NCBI GenBank assembly: GCA_043819795.1
Contig: JBDREN010000013.1
Coordinates: 1 to 49,322 of the forward strand
Length of the DNA: 49,322 nucleotides
Direction of reading: 5' to 3'
Origin: Elusimicrobiota bacterium
GTDB taxonomy: Bacteria; Elusimicrobiota; Elusimicrobia; UBA1565
Every line of letters starts with the position of its first letter. The stretch's first letter is position 1. The notes below the pieces were generated by a model. That model ran no database searches, was not told the origin of the DNA, and was given only the letters and a program-made list of their open reading frames with translations. Position numbers and translations under genes: made by a program. This document shows positions 36,877-45,832 of this stretch, one piece after another.

Positions 36877-39549
36877 TCAGGACAACGGGTCCGAGCTCTT
36901 CCCGGCGGGCTCGACCGCTTCGCGGATAAGGCTCCTGATCTCTTCCAGGTGCGCCCTCGTCACGCGTCCGGAGGCGCGGCTCACAGCGTTGTCGATCTTC
37001 CAGGCGATGGTCTTGAGGCCATCCCGAGCCAAAGCGGCCGCGTCCGAAGGCGCCCTCGGATCCTTGCGCAGGCCGATCAGCGACTCCACATGCCGCCGCT
37101 GCAGGCTTCTCTGAAGCGGCGAGACGGACACCGAGGCTCCCTTCTGGTCCAAGTCCTTCCATACGGCCGCTTGGACCGTGTCGAGAAGCTCCTCGGCGCC
37201 CAAAATCCGCCCGGGGTCGTCAACGAGGCTCCGGCTCGCCTCGAGCTTCCATAGAGTCCGCGCGTTCAAGAGAGAATACATGGCTGACTCCTGCAGACTC
37301 TCGGCCCAGCGGCGCACGGGGACGGGAGAAGAATCCGGATACCGGTTATCGAAGGTCCCCAGCCTCTCCCGGCCCAGCTTCTTGAGAAGGTCCGGGGAGA
37401 AGCGCAGTGCCTCCGAATCGAAGACGTTCTTGGCCAGGAAGTCCAGCGCCTCGCGCTGGCGCTCCACCGGCACCGGCTCGAAGGGGACCCTTCCGCCGGG
37501 GCTCCCGGCCCGGTCCCGGGAAACGACGATTCCGCCGATAGAAGTGAAAGTCGTCCGCACGCCCATGCCGTAGGCCCTCAACCCCGCCTGAAAATCCCTC
37601 CGCAGAGAAGCGTAGCCTTTCCCGGGCTCAGGGGTATTCTCCTCCAGCCTCTTCCAGAGACCGCGCGCCTGAGCCACCCTCGTGTCGGCGAAAGCCACCG
37701 GGTCGGACCCCAGGTCCCACATGCTGGCCTCCGGGTCCTGCCCGCTCCACGCGTCCTCGTCCGTCCCGTAGACCAGCGCGGGGTCCGAGGCGCTCTTGGA
37801 CGCGATGTCCTCCAGCTCCGCACTTTGGCCCTGTTTCGTCTTCGCGGCCAGCGGCTTGTAGGCGTACTCTATGGCGTGGTAATCGTACGGGCCCACCTCG
37901 GTCTGGTGGTAGGGGCCCTCTTGCGCTGACCCCGGAGCCGGGATGCGGGAGGGGATGTAGTCCATGATCGATGCGGACAGAAGCCCTTCTTCTCCCGGAT
38001 TCAGGCTGCCTTTGAAATTGTGCCGCAGGCCCAGGTTGTGCCCGAGCTCGTGGACCATGATGGAGGTCACGAAGTCGTCCACGAACCGCTCCTCCTGCTC
38101 CGGCGACAGGCTCCCGCCGGCCCTGAGCGCCGCCTGAGAGAACGCCGCCTGCTCCGCCGCCTGCCGGAAGTAGTCGCTCTCGGAAGCTTCGGGGCCCGAA
38201 GCGCTCGGGGCCGGGTCCGGGGAGATGAGCGGCATCTCCTGCTGGGCGTAGCGGGCGATCCCGTCGCTCATCCGAACCATCGCGTTGTATATCTCGCCGG
38301 TCAGGGGGTTGATCCTCATGGGCCCCTGCGCGCCCCCCGCGTCCTTGCCCGCGAACCACGTCACGACGATATCGTAGCTGGCGTCCGCGGGATCGAAGCT
38401 CGCCCGCCGCTCCGGGGAGAGGTCCTTGTCGACCTCCTTGACCACCATCGCGTCCTTGAATCCGATCGCCTCGAATGCGGCGTTCCAGGCCTTGACCGCC
38501 TTCTTCCAGCTGCCCCGGAACCGCTCGGGGGTGGTCTCGTCCACCCACACCTCGATGGGGTCCTTGACCTCGGAGAGCGCCTGGTCGGGATGCAGCTTCT
38601 CCAGGTTCCAGCGCGCGATAGGATGCACGTAGGGCTCCGCCTGGTCGCGCAGGTCCGGCCGGGAAAGGTCCTGGTAGGCCACAGTGAAGTGCCCCACGCG
38701 CTCATCGGCCGGGCGGGACTCGAAGGAGGGGGCCTCCGGTAAAGCGGAGAGGCTGTAGCGGACCACGATGGAAATCTTGCGGGGGTCCGGGAGTACCTGC
38801 GACGCATCCAGCGCCTCGCGCCCTCTCATGAGGGAAAAGACGAGATGGGACTGGATCTCGACGTTCTTCGAGAAGGTCTTGATCTCCTCCATGTAGCTGG
38901 CCCGCGGGTCGAGGACGAAGTCGGCGCCGGGGTAGGCTCCCTCCAGACGGGACTCGACGTTCGCCAGGTCCTCCAGGAAGATCTTCTCGGCTTCGATCAC
39001 GTGGACTTCAGTCCCCTCCTGGGGGTCCTGCTGGGCGTCCTCCTGGGGGGCCTCCTCGCCGGCCGCCGGCTTGCCCGGTTTCACGACCTCCGCGGTGGCC
39101 AGGATGGAGTCGCTAAATGACCTCTCGATGGACTTGGCCTCCGGCGAGCCCTCCTCCGCCCGGTAGAGCATGTTCTTCTCGACGAACTGGATCTTCTCGC
39201 GGTCTCCGATCATGCGGAAGTTCCAGATGAAGCTCCCGGCCATCTCGGAGGCGTAGAGGCCCCGCTCGCCGGTCGCCTTGATGATCGTGACTGAGCACAG
39301 ATAGGGAGTGTCCAGCTGGTCCGCCCGGATCTCCATCCGGTGAGGCCTTCCCCCCTTGGAGATCTTGAAGAGCTTCTGCCCGGAATGCGCCTCCTTGAGT
39401 CGCGTGATACCCTTCGCCACCGACGAGACGTCCTTGCCGGACATCGAGCCGATCTGGCCCACGGCGGATATCTTCTGCGCCCGGGCGGGGACCGCCCCGA
39501 GCAAGAGGATGACGGCGCAGCACATCCAAGATCCGTTCAGTTTCTTCAT
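36877..39549 (-). CDS. Secreted zinc-dependent metalloprotease (metzincin, DUF5117/EcxA-like)
   Basis: HELGHNLGLRHNF, Met-turn SIMDY, GPYDYHAIEYAY, DERVGHF, NPLTGEI. Confidence 0.9.
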   Translation of the reverse strand: MKKLNGSWMCCAVILLLGAVPARAQKISAVGQIGSMSGKDVSSVAKGITRLKEAHSGQKLFKISKGGRPHRMEIRADQLDTPYLCSVTIIKATGERGLYASEMAGSFIWNFRMIGDREKIQFVEKNMLYRAEEGSPEAKSIERSFSDSILATAEVVKPGKPAAGEEAPQEDAQQDPQEGTEVHVIEAEKIFLEDLANVESRLEGAYPGADFVLDPRASYMEEIKTFSKNVEIQSHLVFSLMRGREALDASQVLPDPRKISIVVRYSLSALPEAPSFESRPADERVGHFTVAYQDLSRPDLRDQAEPYVHPIARWNLEKLHPDQALSEVKDPIEVWVDETTPERFRGSWKKAVKAWNAAFEAIGFKDAMVVKEVDKDLSPERRASFDPADASYDIVVTWFAGKDAGGAQGPMRINPLTGEIYNAMVRMSDGIARYAQQEMPLISPDPAPSASGPEASESDYFRQAAEQAAFSQAALRAGGSLSPEQEERFVDDFVTSIMVHELGHNLGLRHNFKGSLNPGEEGLLSASIMDYIPSRIPAPGSAQEGPYHQTEVGPYDYHAIEYAYKPLAAKTKQGQSAELEDIASKSASDPALVYGTDEDAWSGQDPEASMWDLGSDPVAFADTRVAQARGLWKRLEENTPEPGKGYASLRRDFQAGLRAYGMGVRTTFTSIGGIVVSRDRAGSPGGRVPFEPVPVERQREALDFLAKNVFDSEALRFSPDLLKKLGRERLGTFDNRYPDSSPVPVRRWAESLQESAMYSLLNARTLWKLEASRSLVDDPGRILGAEELLDTVQAAVWKDLDQKGASVSVSPLQRSLQRRHVESLIGLRKDPRAPSDAAALARDGLKTIAWKIDNAVSRASGRVTRAHLEEIRSLIREAVEPAGKSSDPLS

Positions 39550-39726
39550 ATCGATATCTCCCTACGTCTCTCCCTTAAATGTAGCCGGGGCTCCCCCCTC
39601 AAGCATGGACCCCCGGTCCCATGCGGCGGCCCTATTTGGGCCCCCCGGGATCTAGGCCCAAAGTCCCTGCATGGGAATCGCGTTATTGGGGAACGCTTCG
39701 GGATGCCGCGCCGGCCGGGGGCCGCC

Positions 39727-39797
39727 GGCTGACGCCGGCGCTCAGCCGCGCGGCCTGGGGGCCGCGGGGCCTCGCCGGTTGGAGCGGCCGGTCATCC
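39727..39797 (-). repeat. attC-like site, degenerate cores
   Basis: Plus strand GGCTGAC..GCTCAGCCG...CGGTTGGAGC..GTCATCC. Confidence 0.65.
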
Positions 39798-39803
39798 GCT
39801 CCA

Positions 39804-40355
39804 TCATTGTATGGTGATGAGTTCGGCCCCTTTCTCGAACAAGGGCTCTCTTATCTCGTGAACAAGCCCATATCGCAGAGCTTCTTCGGGATTCAGAGTC
39901 GTCCGTTCCTGCATATCGCTGAGAACGTCTTCCTCCTTCTTCCCCACAGTCGCCGCGATGATCCCCGCTATGTTCTCGGTGTCGATGCGAAGGCCCTTGA
40001 GGCGTTCTTCAAGCTGCTTCTCTTCCAGCGCGGCGCCTCGGGGGAAGTTGCTCTGGACCCCATGCAAAAGGAATGTGCCGTGAGGCACGCTGAACCTTCT
40101 TTTTCCGGCACAGTAGAGCACGGCGCCTACCGAGATCACACTGCCGAAGTTGTGGGTGTGGACGGTGGCGGGGATCCCTTTCAAGAAATTGTATCCGGAT
40201 ACGCCGGCGAAGACGCTGCCGCCGCGGCTTGAAATGAGAACGCCGAAGCTCGTGGCGCCTTCACTCAACTTCCGCTCCACGACGCTCATCAGTTTCTTGA
40301 TCGTGTTCTCATCGACGCCGGCGAAAAATTTGATGTAGACGGTCCTGTCTGGCAT
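39804..40355 (-). CDS. ClpP-like protease (cassette-borne)
   Basis: ISSRGGSV, GSVISVG (Ser), FLLHG (His), PEEALRYGLVHEI; AGGAGG RBS. Confidence 0.8.
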   Translation of the reverse strand: MPDRTVYIKFFAGVDENTIKKLMSVVERKLSEGATSFGVLISSRGGSVFAGVSGYNFLKGIPATVHTHNFGSVISVGAVLYCAGKRRFSVPHGTFLLHGVQSNFPRGAALEEKQLEERLKGLRIDTENIAGIIAATVGKKEEDVLSDMQERTTLNPEEALRYGLVHEIREPLFEKGAELITIQ

Positions 40356-40381
40356 AAATCCCCCCCTCCTTCGATTCCGGC

Positions 40382-40445
40382 GCATATCGCAGGCGCACAG
40401 CCGTCCCGCGGCGCAGGCCGGATCGTCTGGAGCGACTCATCAGGC
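40382..40445 (-). repeat. Highly degenerate attC-like site
   Basis: GCACAGCCG...CGTCTGGAGC..ATCAGGC. Confidence 0.45.
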
Positions 40446-40482
40446 CGCGTCTCTCCGGCACGAAGCCCGATCCGACACGGCC

Positions 40483-40929
40483 TCAGGACACGGCGGCGGA
40501 TCGCATCTTCTCCTTCTCACTCAACTCCGCGCGGGCCTGGACCAGTTTGCGGTAATATCGCAAAACCTTTTCCTTGTCGCCCTTTGACGCGGCTTTCCAC
40601 AGATCGCCCTCCGATTCCGCCACATCAAGCCGCAGGTAGTAGTCCAGCATCTCCTTGAGGTGCGCGAGAACGATCTTCCCCGTCAGGATCGGATGATTAT
40701 TGGTCACGTTCGCGTCCGGGAACGTCAAGCCATGCTCCAGCTCCACCTCTAAGCCTTGGCGGAATTCATCCGGGGAGACTTGGCCCGCTTCCCCGCCGAC
40801 CGCCGCCTGGATGATCCTGGCCTCATCCAACTCGACGACCCCCTCCGTCAGCATGGTCCAATCCCGGATACCCAATTCGTGACACACCCGCTGAACTTCC
40901 TTCTTGGATATATAGTCTGGCAGCTGCAT
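40483..40929 (-). CDS. DUF5661-like protein
   Basis: FRQGLEVELEHG, NVTN, TGKIVLAHLKE, DYYLRL; AGGAGG RBS. Confidence 0.8.
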   Translation of the reverse strand: MQLPDYISKKEVQRVCHELGIRDWTMLTEGVVELDEARIIQAAVGGEAGQVSPDEFRQGLEVELEHGLTFPDANVTNNHPILTGKIVLAHLKEMLDYYLRLDVAESEGDLWKAASKGDKEKVLRYYRKLVQARAELSEKEKMRSAAVS

Positions 40930-40991
40930 CGTACCCTCCTTTGCGTTCAGATCGCCCCTGGACAGGCGCTTGCCTTGTTCTTGCGGCGACC

Positions 40992-41065
40992 GACTAACGC
41001 CGGCTTCAGCCGCGTGCCCCATCATGACCCGCTCCGCGCGCGGCGACTGGAGCGCATGCTTAAGC
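40992..41065 (-). repeat. attC-like site
   Basis: GACTAAC..CTTCAGCCG...CGACTGGAGC..CTTAAGC; the TAA of the preceding cassette gene lies in the R'' box. Confidence 0.7.
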
Positions 41066-41722
41066 GAGGATCGTGACCGGCTTGTGCTTGGCGTAACCAC
41101 GATTTGCCCGCAGGACGCGGCCGATGACCTCCTTTGATGACGCGACGATCACGAACATCAAGGCATTCCAATAGATGGCGGTAGAATACCCGCTCTTAAG
41201 TCGCCGCCGGATCCGCGCGAAGTCATCCGCGAACCTCTTCCGCCGATGATGCTGGAAAACTGAGATAATACTGCCGGGCGAGATCATCCGCAGAAGGTCA
41301 TCGACTTCTCCGTAGCGGACATGCCGCTCGCAGCAGCTGGCTTCAGGCTCGAACCCGTTATCCGGGTCGAGGAGCAGCACCCGGTCAGGCTCTCGCCGGA
41401 CCTTCGGGAAGTATGAAACGCGGGAGTGGTCTGCGAAGAACTCATCGGACTTGAACAGGGCGACCTCGTATCCGGCACGAGTCCTCTTTGATAGCTCCGA
41501 CAATTCCTGTGGATCCCGATCTCTTCGCAGGCAATTGCATAGGCTGAGGATCTCCGGCCGGGCGGGGAAGCACTCCGGTGACGTTCCGCCATCCCGGCTG
41601 CCGTCATCGGGGGTCATCATCCATACCACCTGAAGCAGTCGATAGTCGAGAGCTCTGGTGAGATAGTCGTGATAATCCCACTTGAAGCTGTCCTTCGAGT
41701 CCCCCAGGTATTGGCGCTTCAT
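41060..41722 (-). CDS. Hypothetical protein (MKRQYLGD...LLLDPDNG), possibly methyltransferase-like fold
   Basis: Complete ORF between two attC-like sites. Confidence 0.75.
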   Translation of the reverse strand: MKRQYLGDSKDSFKWDYHDYLTRALDYRLLQVVWMMTPDDGSRDGGTSPECFPARPEILSLCNCLRRDRDPQELSELSKRTRAGYEVALFKSDEFFADHSRVSYFPKVRREPDRVLLLDPDNGFEPEASCCERHVRYGEVDDLLRMISPGSIISVFQHHRRKRFADDFARIRRRLKSGYSTAIYWNALMFVIVASSKEVIGRVLRANRGYAKHKPVTILA

Positions 41723-41732
41723 GTGCCCATTC

Positions 41733-41796
41733 GTCTAATATCGGCGCTCAGCCGCGAGGCCATGAGAGTCTCGCCGGCTGGGGTGATGGTTTAGCC
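41733..41796 (-). repeat. attC-like site
   Basis: GTCTAAT..GCTCAGCCG...CGGCTGGGGT..TTTAGCC. Confidence 0.65.
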
Positions 41797-41807
41797 GCAT
41801 TGGCGCG

Positions 41808-42887
41808 TCACCGCTTCTTCTTGTGCTTCATGACCGACTTCACCATCTTTCCGAACTCCCGGTCCTTTTTTCGTTTATCGGCGCAAGACATCTCATGGTA
41901 TTCGGATTCTCTTGCGAGCTTCAGATGACTCCGATAGCGCTCCTCACTCACTTCCCCGGCCTCGACCGCCATCAGGATAGCGCAGCCGCGCTCTTTGACG
42001 TGCGTGCAATCCCTGAAGCGGCAGCGTTTTGACAGCTCGTGGATATCGCAAAAGCTCTCGCCCAGGCCGGCGCTGGTTCCGATGAGGCCCAACTCCCTCA
42101 TCCCGGGATTGTCGATCAACATCGCCCCGTTATCAAGGACGATCAAATGACGACGCGTTGTCGCATGTCTTCCTTTCCCGTCTTTCTCACGGACTGTCTT
42201 TGTCTCGAACGCCTCCCGGCCCACGAGATGGTTCAGGAGCGTGGTTTTGCCGACCCCCGAGGATCCAAGCAGGCAATACGTCTTCGCCCGCTTCAACGCG
42301 TCTTGGACTTGGTCCAGCCCAAAGCCTGTTTTATTGCTGAGGGCAAGGACCCCGCTGTCGATCTTCGCTTGCCTGATCCTTGAAATCCTCTCCTCCAAAT
42401 CATGGGGCCCAATAAGGTCGCTTTTGCTCAGAATGAGCACTGGCTTGATATGACCTTCGCTCACCATTACCAGATATCGCTCAAGTCTCCGCAGATTGAA
42501 ATCAACATCACACGATTGGACGATGAAGGCGACGTCAATGTTGGCCGCGATGAGCTGATAATCAATCTTCCTGCCGGCCGCTTTCCTCCGCAAGACCGAT
42601 TTCCTTGGCAATACGCCATGAATGACCGCGAGCGTGCCGGAGTTGTGATACCGCACGAAGGCCCAGTCGCCTACGCACGGCAGATCCCCGCTTGATTCAG
42701 AAGAGAACCTGAGCCTGCCCGCAAGTTGAGCCGAGACTTCGCTCTTTTCGTCCCTGACGAGGTACCCGTCCCGGTCAACCGCGGTGACTCGGGCGACGCG
42801 GCGTTCAGCCCCGCCCAAGTCCACCTCCTGTTTTCCATACCAGCCGTCGAATCCGAGGTCCCTCAGTTCCATATGCTGATTACGCAT
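41808..42887 (-). CDS. rsgA: Ribosome small subunit-dependent GTPase A
   Basis: VGDW, AANID, SKSD, GSSGVGKTT, GRHATT, DNPG, CRFRDCTHVKERGC. Confidence 0.92.
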   Translation of the reverse strand: MRNQHMELRDLGFDGWYGKQEVDLGGAERRVARVTAVDRDGYLVRDEKSEVSAQLAGRLRFSSESSGDLPCVGDWAFVRYHNSGTLAVIHGVLPRKSVLRRKAAGRKIDYQLIAANIDVAFIVQSCDVDFNLRRLERYLVMVSEGHIKPVLILSKSDLIGPHDLEERISRIRQAKIDSGVLALSNKTGFGLDQVQDALKRAKTYCLLGSSGVGKTTLLNHLVGREAFETKTVREKDGKGRHATTRRHLIVLDNGAMLIDNPGMRELGLIGTSAGLGESFCDIHELSKRCRFRDCTHVKERGCAILMAVEAGEVSEERYRSHLKLARESEYHEMSCADKRKKDREFGKMVKSVMKHKKKR

Positions 42888-42903
42888 CCATTGGGCGCTT
42901 CTT

Positions 42904-43146
42904 TTATCCGATGATCAGCAGAGCCGCGTAGGGAACGGCATTGAAGACCAGAAAGGCGATTTTAAACATCCCGAGGAACGAGTAAATGACCACGTTGAAC
43001 GTTTCTCGGGGGATCGGAATCCATTTGCTTTGCGTACGGTACACCAAGTCCGGGGCCAATACGCACATCATGGACCAGAGGACCAACAGGGCTCCGTTCA
43101 TGATCGTGCACCACATGAAGAATGTCGTCAGGGTCTGAATATCCAT
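42904..43146 (-). CDS. Small membrane protein (DUF6868-like)
   Basis: FFMWCTIMN...FKIAFLVFNAVPY; G-rich RBS. Confidence 0.75.
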   Translation of the reverse strand: MDIQTLTTFFMWCTIMNGALLVLWSMMCVLAPDLVYRTQSKWIPIPRETFNVVIYSFLGMFKIAFLVFNAVPYAALLIIG

Positions 43147-43186
43147 GATGTCCCCCCCCCGATTATCCCGCGTCCACCGATCAGTC

Positions 43187-43525
43187 TCAGCGGCGCGGCT
43201 TGTCCGCGCGCGCTCCAGGCTCCGGCTCGGTGCTCTCCGGATATCCCCCACCCTGCGCCCGGGCCAGCGATGACTCGACGACTGCGCGGATCGCGAAGCT
43301 CAGCGCATAGATCCCCGCAAATACCGCGACGCCCCAGTACCACTTGAGGATCAGTCCAGCTCCGACCCCGGCGAGGGCTGCGGCTAATGACCGGATCGCG
43401 CCGGCGGTCATTTGGCCGCCCATGGTCGAGCCGTAATCCTTCACATGATCGCTTCGTTGGCACAGAAGAGCTCCGACTGCGCATAGCGCCGATATTGCGA
43501 TTAGAACGATGCCCGTGATCGTCAT
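43187..43525 (-). CDS. Hypothetical membrane protein
   Basis: Three hydrophobic segments; follows an attC remnant. Confidence 0.6.
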   Translation of the reverse strand: MTITGIVLIAISALCAVGALLCQRSDHVKDYGSTMGGQMTAGAIRSLAAALAGVGAGLILKWYWGVAVFAGIYALSFAIRAVVESSLARAQGGGYPESTEPEPGARADKPRR

Positions 43526-43534
43526 TCCCCGTAC

Positions 43535-43562
43535 CCCGAACGCGACGGCTCAGTCGTTAAGA
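43535..43562 (-). repeat. Truncated attC remnant
   Basis: CCCGAAC..GCTCAGTC directly joined to GTTAAGA; one arm missing. Confidence 0.45.
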
Positions 43563-43566
43563 CTCC

Positions 43567-43803
43567 TCAGTACGCGAACAGTTCCTCCATCGGATACTCT
43601 TTGCCCGCGGCCTTATTCAACGCGACGCGGATCTTGGATTTGACGTTAGGCGTCAACCTTCTGCCCTTGCACGCCCTAGCGACCATCTTGTGAGTGAGCT
43701 GCCGAGTCGAGGCGGCGACAAGGTCCCGTGCGTTGAGGCCATGGTCCGCCATGATCCGCGCGATGGGCTGCTCTCCGAGGTTGCGCTCGATCTCCATGTT
43801 CAT
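43567..43803 (-). CDS. Small basic protein, possible HTH DNA-binding
   Basis: 78-aa helical ORF (QPIARIM..DLVAAS..LTHKMVARACKGRRLT). Confidence 0.65.
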   Translation of the reverse strand: MNMEIERNLGEQPIARIMADHGLNARDLVAASTRQLTHKMVARACKGRRLTPNVKSKIRVALNKAAGKEYPMEELFAY

Positions 43804-43870
43804 GTCCGGGCGCTTTCTTCAAGGCGAACGATGGCGCCCGGCCATCGGTCCTCATCCATCCAGCGCGCCT

Positions 43871-44036
43871 AGCAGCCCGCGGCAAAAGTCTCCCTGGGCC
43901 TGCAATCGCCTGGAAGCGGCCCGCGCCTGCGTTGCTCCTCGGTCACATCCCGTCGAGGGATGCTCCCCTCGTCGCGCCTTGGCTCGGCTCGCTCCAGGCG
44001 ATTTCGCCCTCCGAAATACTTTTGCCACGGGCTGCT
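43871..44036. mobile_element. MITE-like element, 166 bp
   Basis: 19-bp terminal inverted repeats AGCAGCCCGYGGCAAAAGT (18/19); inner inverted pair AATCGCCTGGA/TCCAGGCGATT; core shared with 28582-28800. Confidence 0.75.
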
Positions 44037-44073
44037 CGCGCCGGGCGGATATATCTCGACATCTCTCATTAGA

Positions 44074-45048
44074 TCAGAGGGCAAGTCGAGTTCCTATCCC
44101 CCTTTGCCTCGCCTTCGTGTAGATCAGTATGGCCGTGGCCATGTCGTCCAAGGCAAGACCGAGATTGATGCAGATCGTACGTTCCTGGGCGTTCTCCCTC
44201 CCGGGCTTCTTGCCCGCGGCGATCTCGCCCAGGTCGGCGTAGGGCTGCGGCGTGTCCTTGAAGTAGCCGCCTTCGCGATAGTATCGCATCTGGCCGATAT
44301 CATCGGTCGCCAGCTTATCCGCCTGGGAAAGCGCGTCTCCCCGCCAATAGGAATCAAAATCCACGGGGCTCGCGAAGGACCCCTCGGCCAGCCAGCCGGC
44401 TTCGATCACGGGAGCCGGGTCCTTCAGTATGGGACCGCTCGTGACCACGAGGTCCATGCCGACGACCGCTTCCTTGGGGTCGGTCACGATCTCTATCTCC
44501 GCGCGCGCGACCTCCGCCATATCGCTTGCGAATCTTTCAGCCACTTCCGGGTGGATATCGAACGCCTTCACCTTCTTGATCCCGAACACGCATGACAGCG
44601 CCTCAAGATTGCTCCTGCCCTGGACCCCGCAGGCCAGGATACCCACGCTCGAGCTGTCCTTGCGCGCCAGGTACTTCGCCGCGACGGCGGTCGCGGCTCC
44701 GGTGCGCTGCGCGGTGATCCACGTCGCATCCATCACGGCGATGGGGAAGCCCGTGTCCGGATCGTTCAGGATGAGGAGACCGCTGATGTAGGGGAGGTTC
44801 TTCTTTTGATTCTCAGGATAACCCGAGACCCATTTCATCCCCGCGGACTGAAGGCTGGGTATGTACGCGGGCATGGCGTGGATGAACGCGTCTTTACGCG
44901 TATGTATCCCGGGCTTGGGCGGCATCTCGACCCGGCCTTCCCCCTTCTCTTTGAACATGCCGTCCAACGCGCCGATGATCTCGGGCATCGACAGGCCCAC
45001 GGCCTCGACGTCCTTCCGGCTGAGGTATAGGACTGTGCCCGTATTCAT
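44074..45048 (-). CDS. Ornithine cyclodeaminase / mu-crystallin family protein
   Basis: HAMPAY, GMKWV, ITAQRTGAA, ACGVQG, GLALDDMATA. Confidence 0.9.
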   Translation of the reverse strand: MNTGTVLYLSRKDVEAVGLSMPEIIGALDGMFKEKGEGRVEMPPKPGIHTRKDAFIHAMPAYIPSLQSAGMKWVSGYPENQKKNLPYISGLLILNDPDTGFPIAVMDATWITAQRTGAATAVAAKYLARKDSSSVGILACGVQGRSNLEALSCVFGIKKVKAFDIHPEVAERFASDMAEVARAEIEIVTDPKEAVVGMDLVVTSGPILKDPAPVIEAGWLAEGSFASPVDFDSYWRGDALSQADKLATDDIGQMRYYREGGYFKDTPQPYADLGEIAAGKKPGRENAQERTICINLGLALDDMATAILIYTKARQRGIGTRLAL

Positions 45049-45076
45049 TCTCCGATTCTTTCCCTATCCTTTCTTT

Positions 45077-45163
45077 GCGCGACGTCAGCGCTCAGCCGCG
45101 AGCGCTATTGACTCCCCCATATGATGCCCATTGCGCGCCCGGCGGCTCAAGCGACAGTCAGAC
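45077..45163 (-). repeat. attC-like site, cores AAC->GAC
   Basis: GCGCGAC..GCTCAGCCGC...GCGGCTCAAGC..GTCAGAC. Confidence 0.65.
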
Positions 45164-45302
45164 CGGGGCAAGGTCCTTCCGGCCGGACTCTGGCGACCGA
45201 ACGCTTGTGTCGTCCCCATTTCCATCCATCGATTCTTCAAATAGACGCCGTTGATTATCCAAGCGACCGGAATGAATCCGACATGACGGACAAAGGCCAG
45301 GC

Positions 45303-45578
45303 TCAACGCCAAACGAACCAGATCGCGGCCGCGATCGCGACGACCGTCACGACCGTCAGCATAATCCGCTTCACCCAGGAAATGCCCGCCTCGGCTTCGC
45401 CGAGGTCGATCGGCTCGCCGGTCTCCCTCGCCGACCGCGCGAGGCGGTTGGCTTCGAATATGGCCTTCTCGATCCTATCGAGGGAGACGCCTTTCTCGAT
45501 CAAGGCCGAGCGGATGGCGGGGTCCGAGTGCCTGTCCCTGTGCCCCACCACGTACCTGAGGATCTCCAGATCGTTCAT
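45303..45578 (-). CDS. Hypothetical membrane protein, possibly frameshift-truncated
   Basis: 91-aa ORF with C-terminal TM; hydrophobic continuation in another frame; TATAAT upstream. Confidence 0.55.
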   Translation of the reverse strand: MNDLEILRYVVGHRDRHSDPAIRSALIEKGVSLDRIEKAIFEANRLARSARETGEPIDLGEAEAGISWVKRIMLTVVTVVAIAAAIWFVWR

Positions 45579-45727
45579 CGCTTCGTCATCTTCCGAGGTT
45601 ATTATACCCGATGCGCTGCCCGAGATGGACCCAAGGCGACTTTCCCGGCTGGTCCATGGCCGGTCGCGGCTCCACGACGAGGCGAACCACGCTCTTGAGG
45701 GGCTTGTGACTTGCCATTCTCACGTTC

Positions 45728-45785
45728 ACCCAACCGCCGGCGCTCGGCCGAGCACATTGCGCGTCGGCTGGAGCGGTTGTCGGAC
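45728..45785 (-). repeat. attC site, 58 bp
   Basis: Minus strand GTCCGAC-AACC-GCTCCAGCCGA...TCGGCCGAGC..GTTGGGT (GTTRRRY intact). Confidence 0.75.
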
Positions 45786-45832
45786 TGGAACATCTTTGCC
45801 TGAGCCTACCGCGAATGCATTCGAGGCAGTCG

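Noticed and set aside
997..39120. Many long antisense or alternate-frame ORFs (e.g. 997..2493, 4225..5919, 23777..25327, 29253..30917, 32836..34107)
   Set aside because: Shadows of well-supported genes caused by GC3 bias; no motifs of their own.
43824..44048. MITE inserted into the loop of another attC (GCGCCCGGC...GCCGGGCG flanks)
   Set aside because: The pairing is short and GC-rich and no convincing second core box is present.
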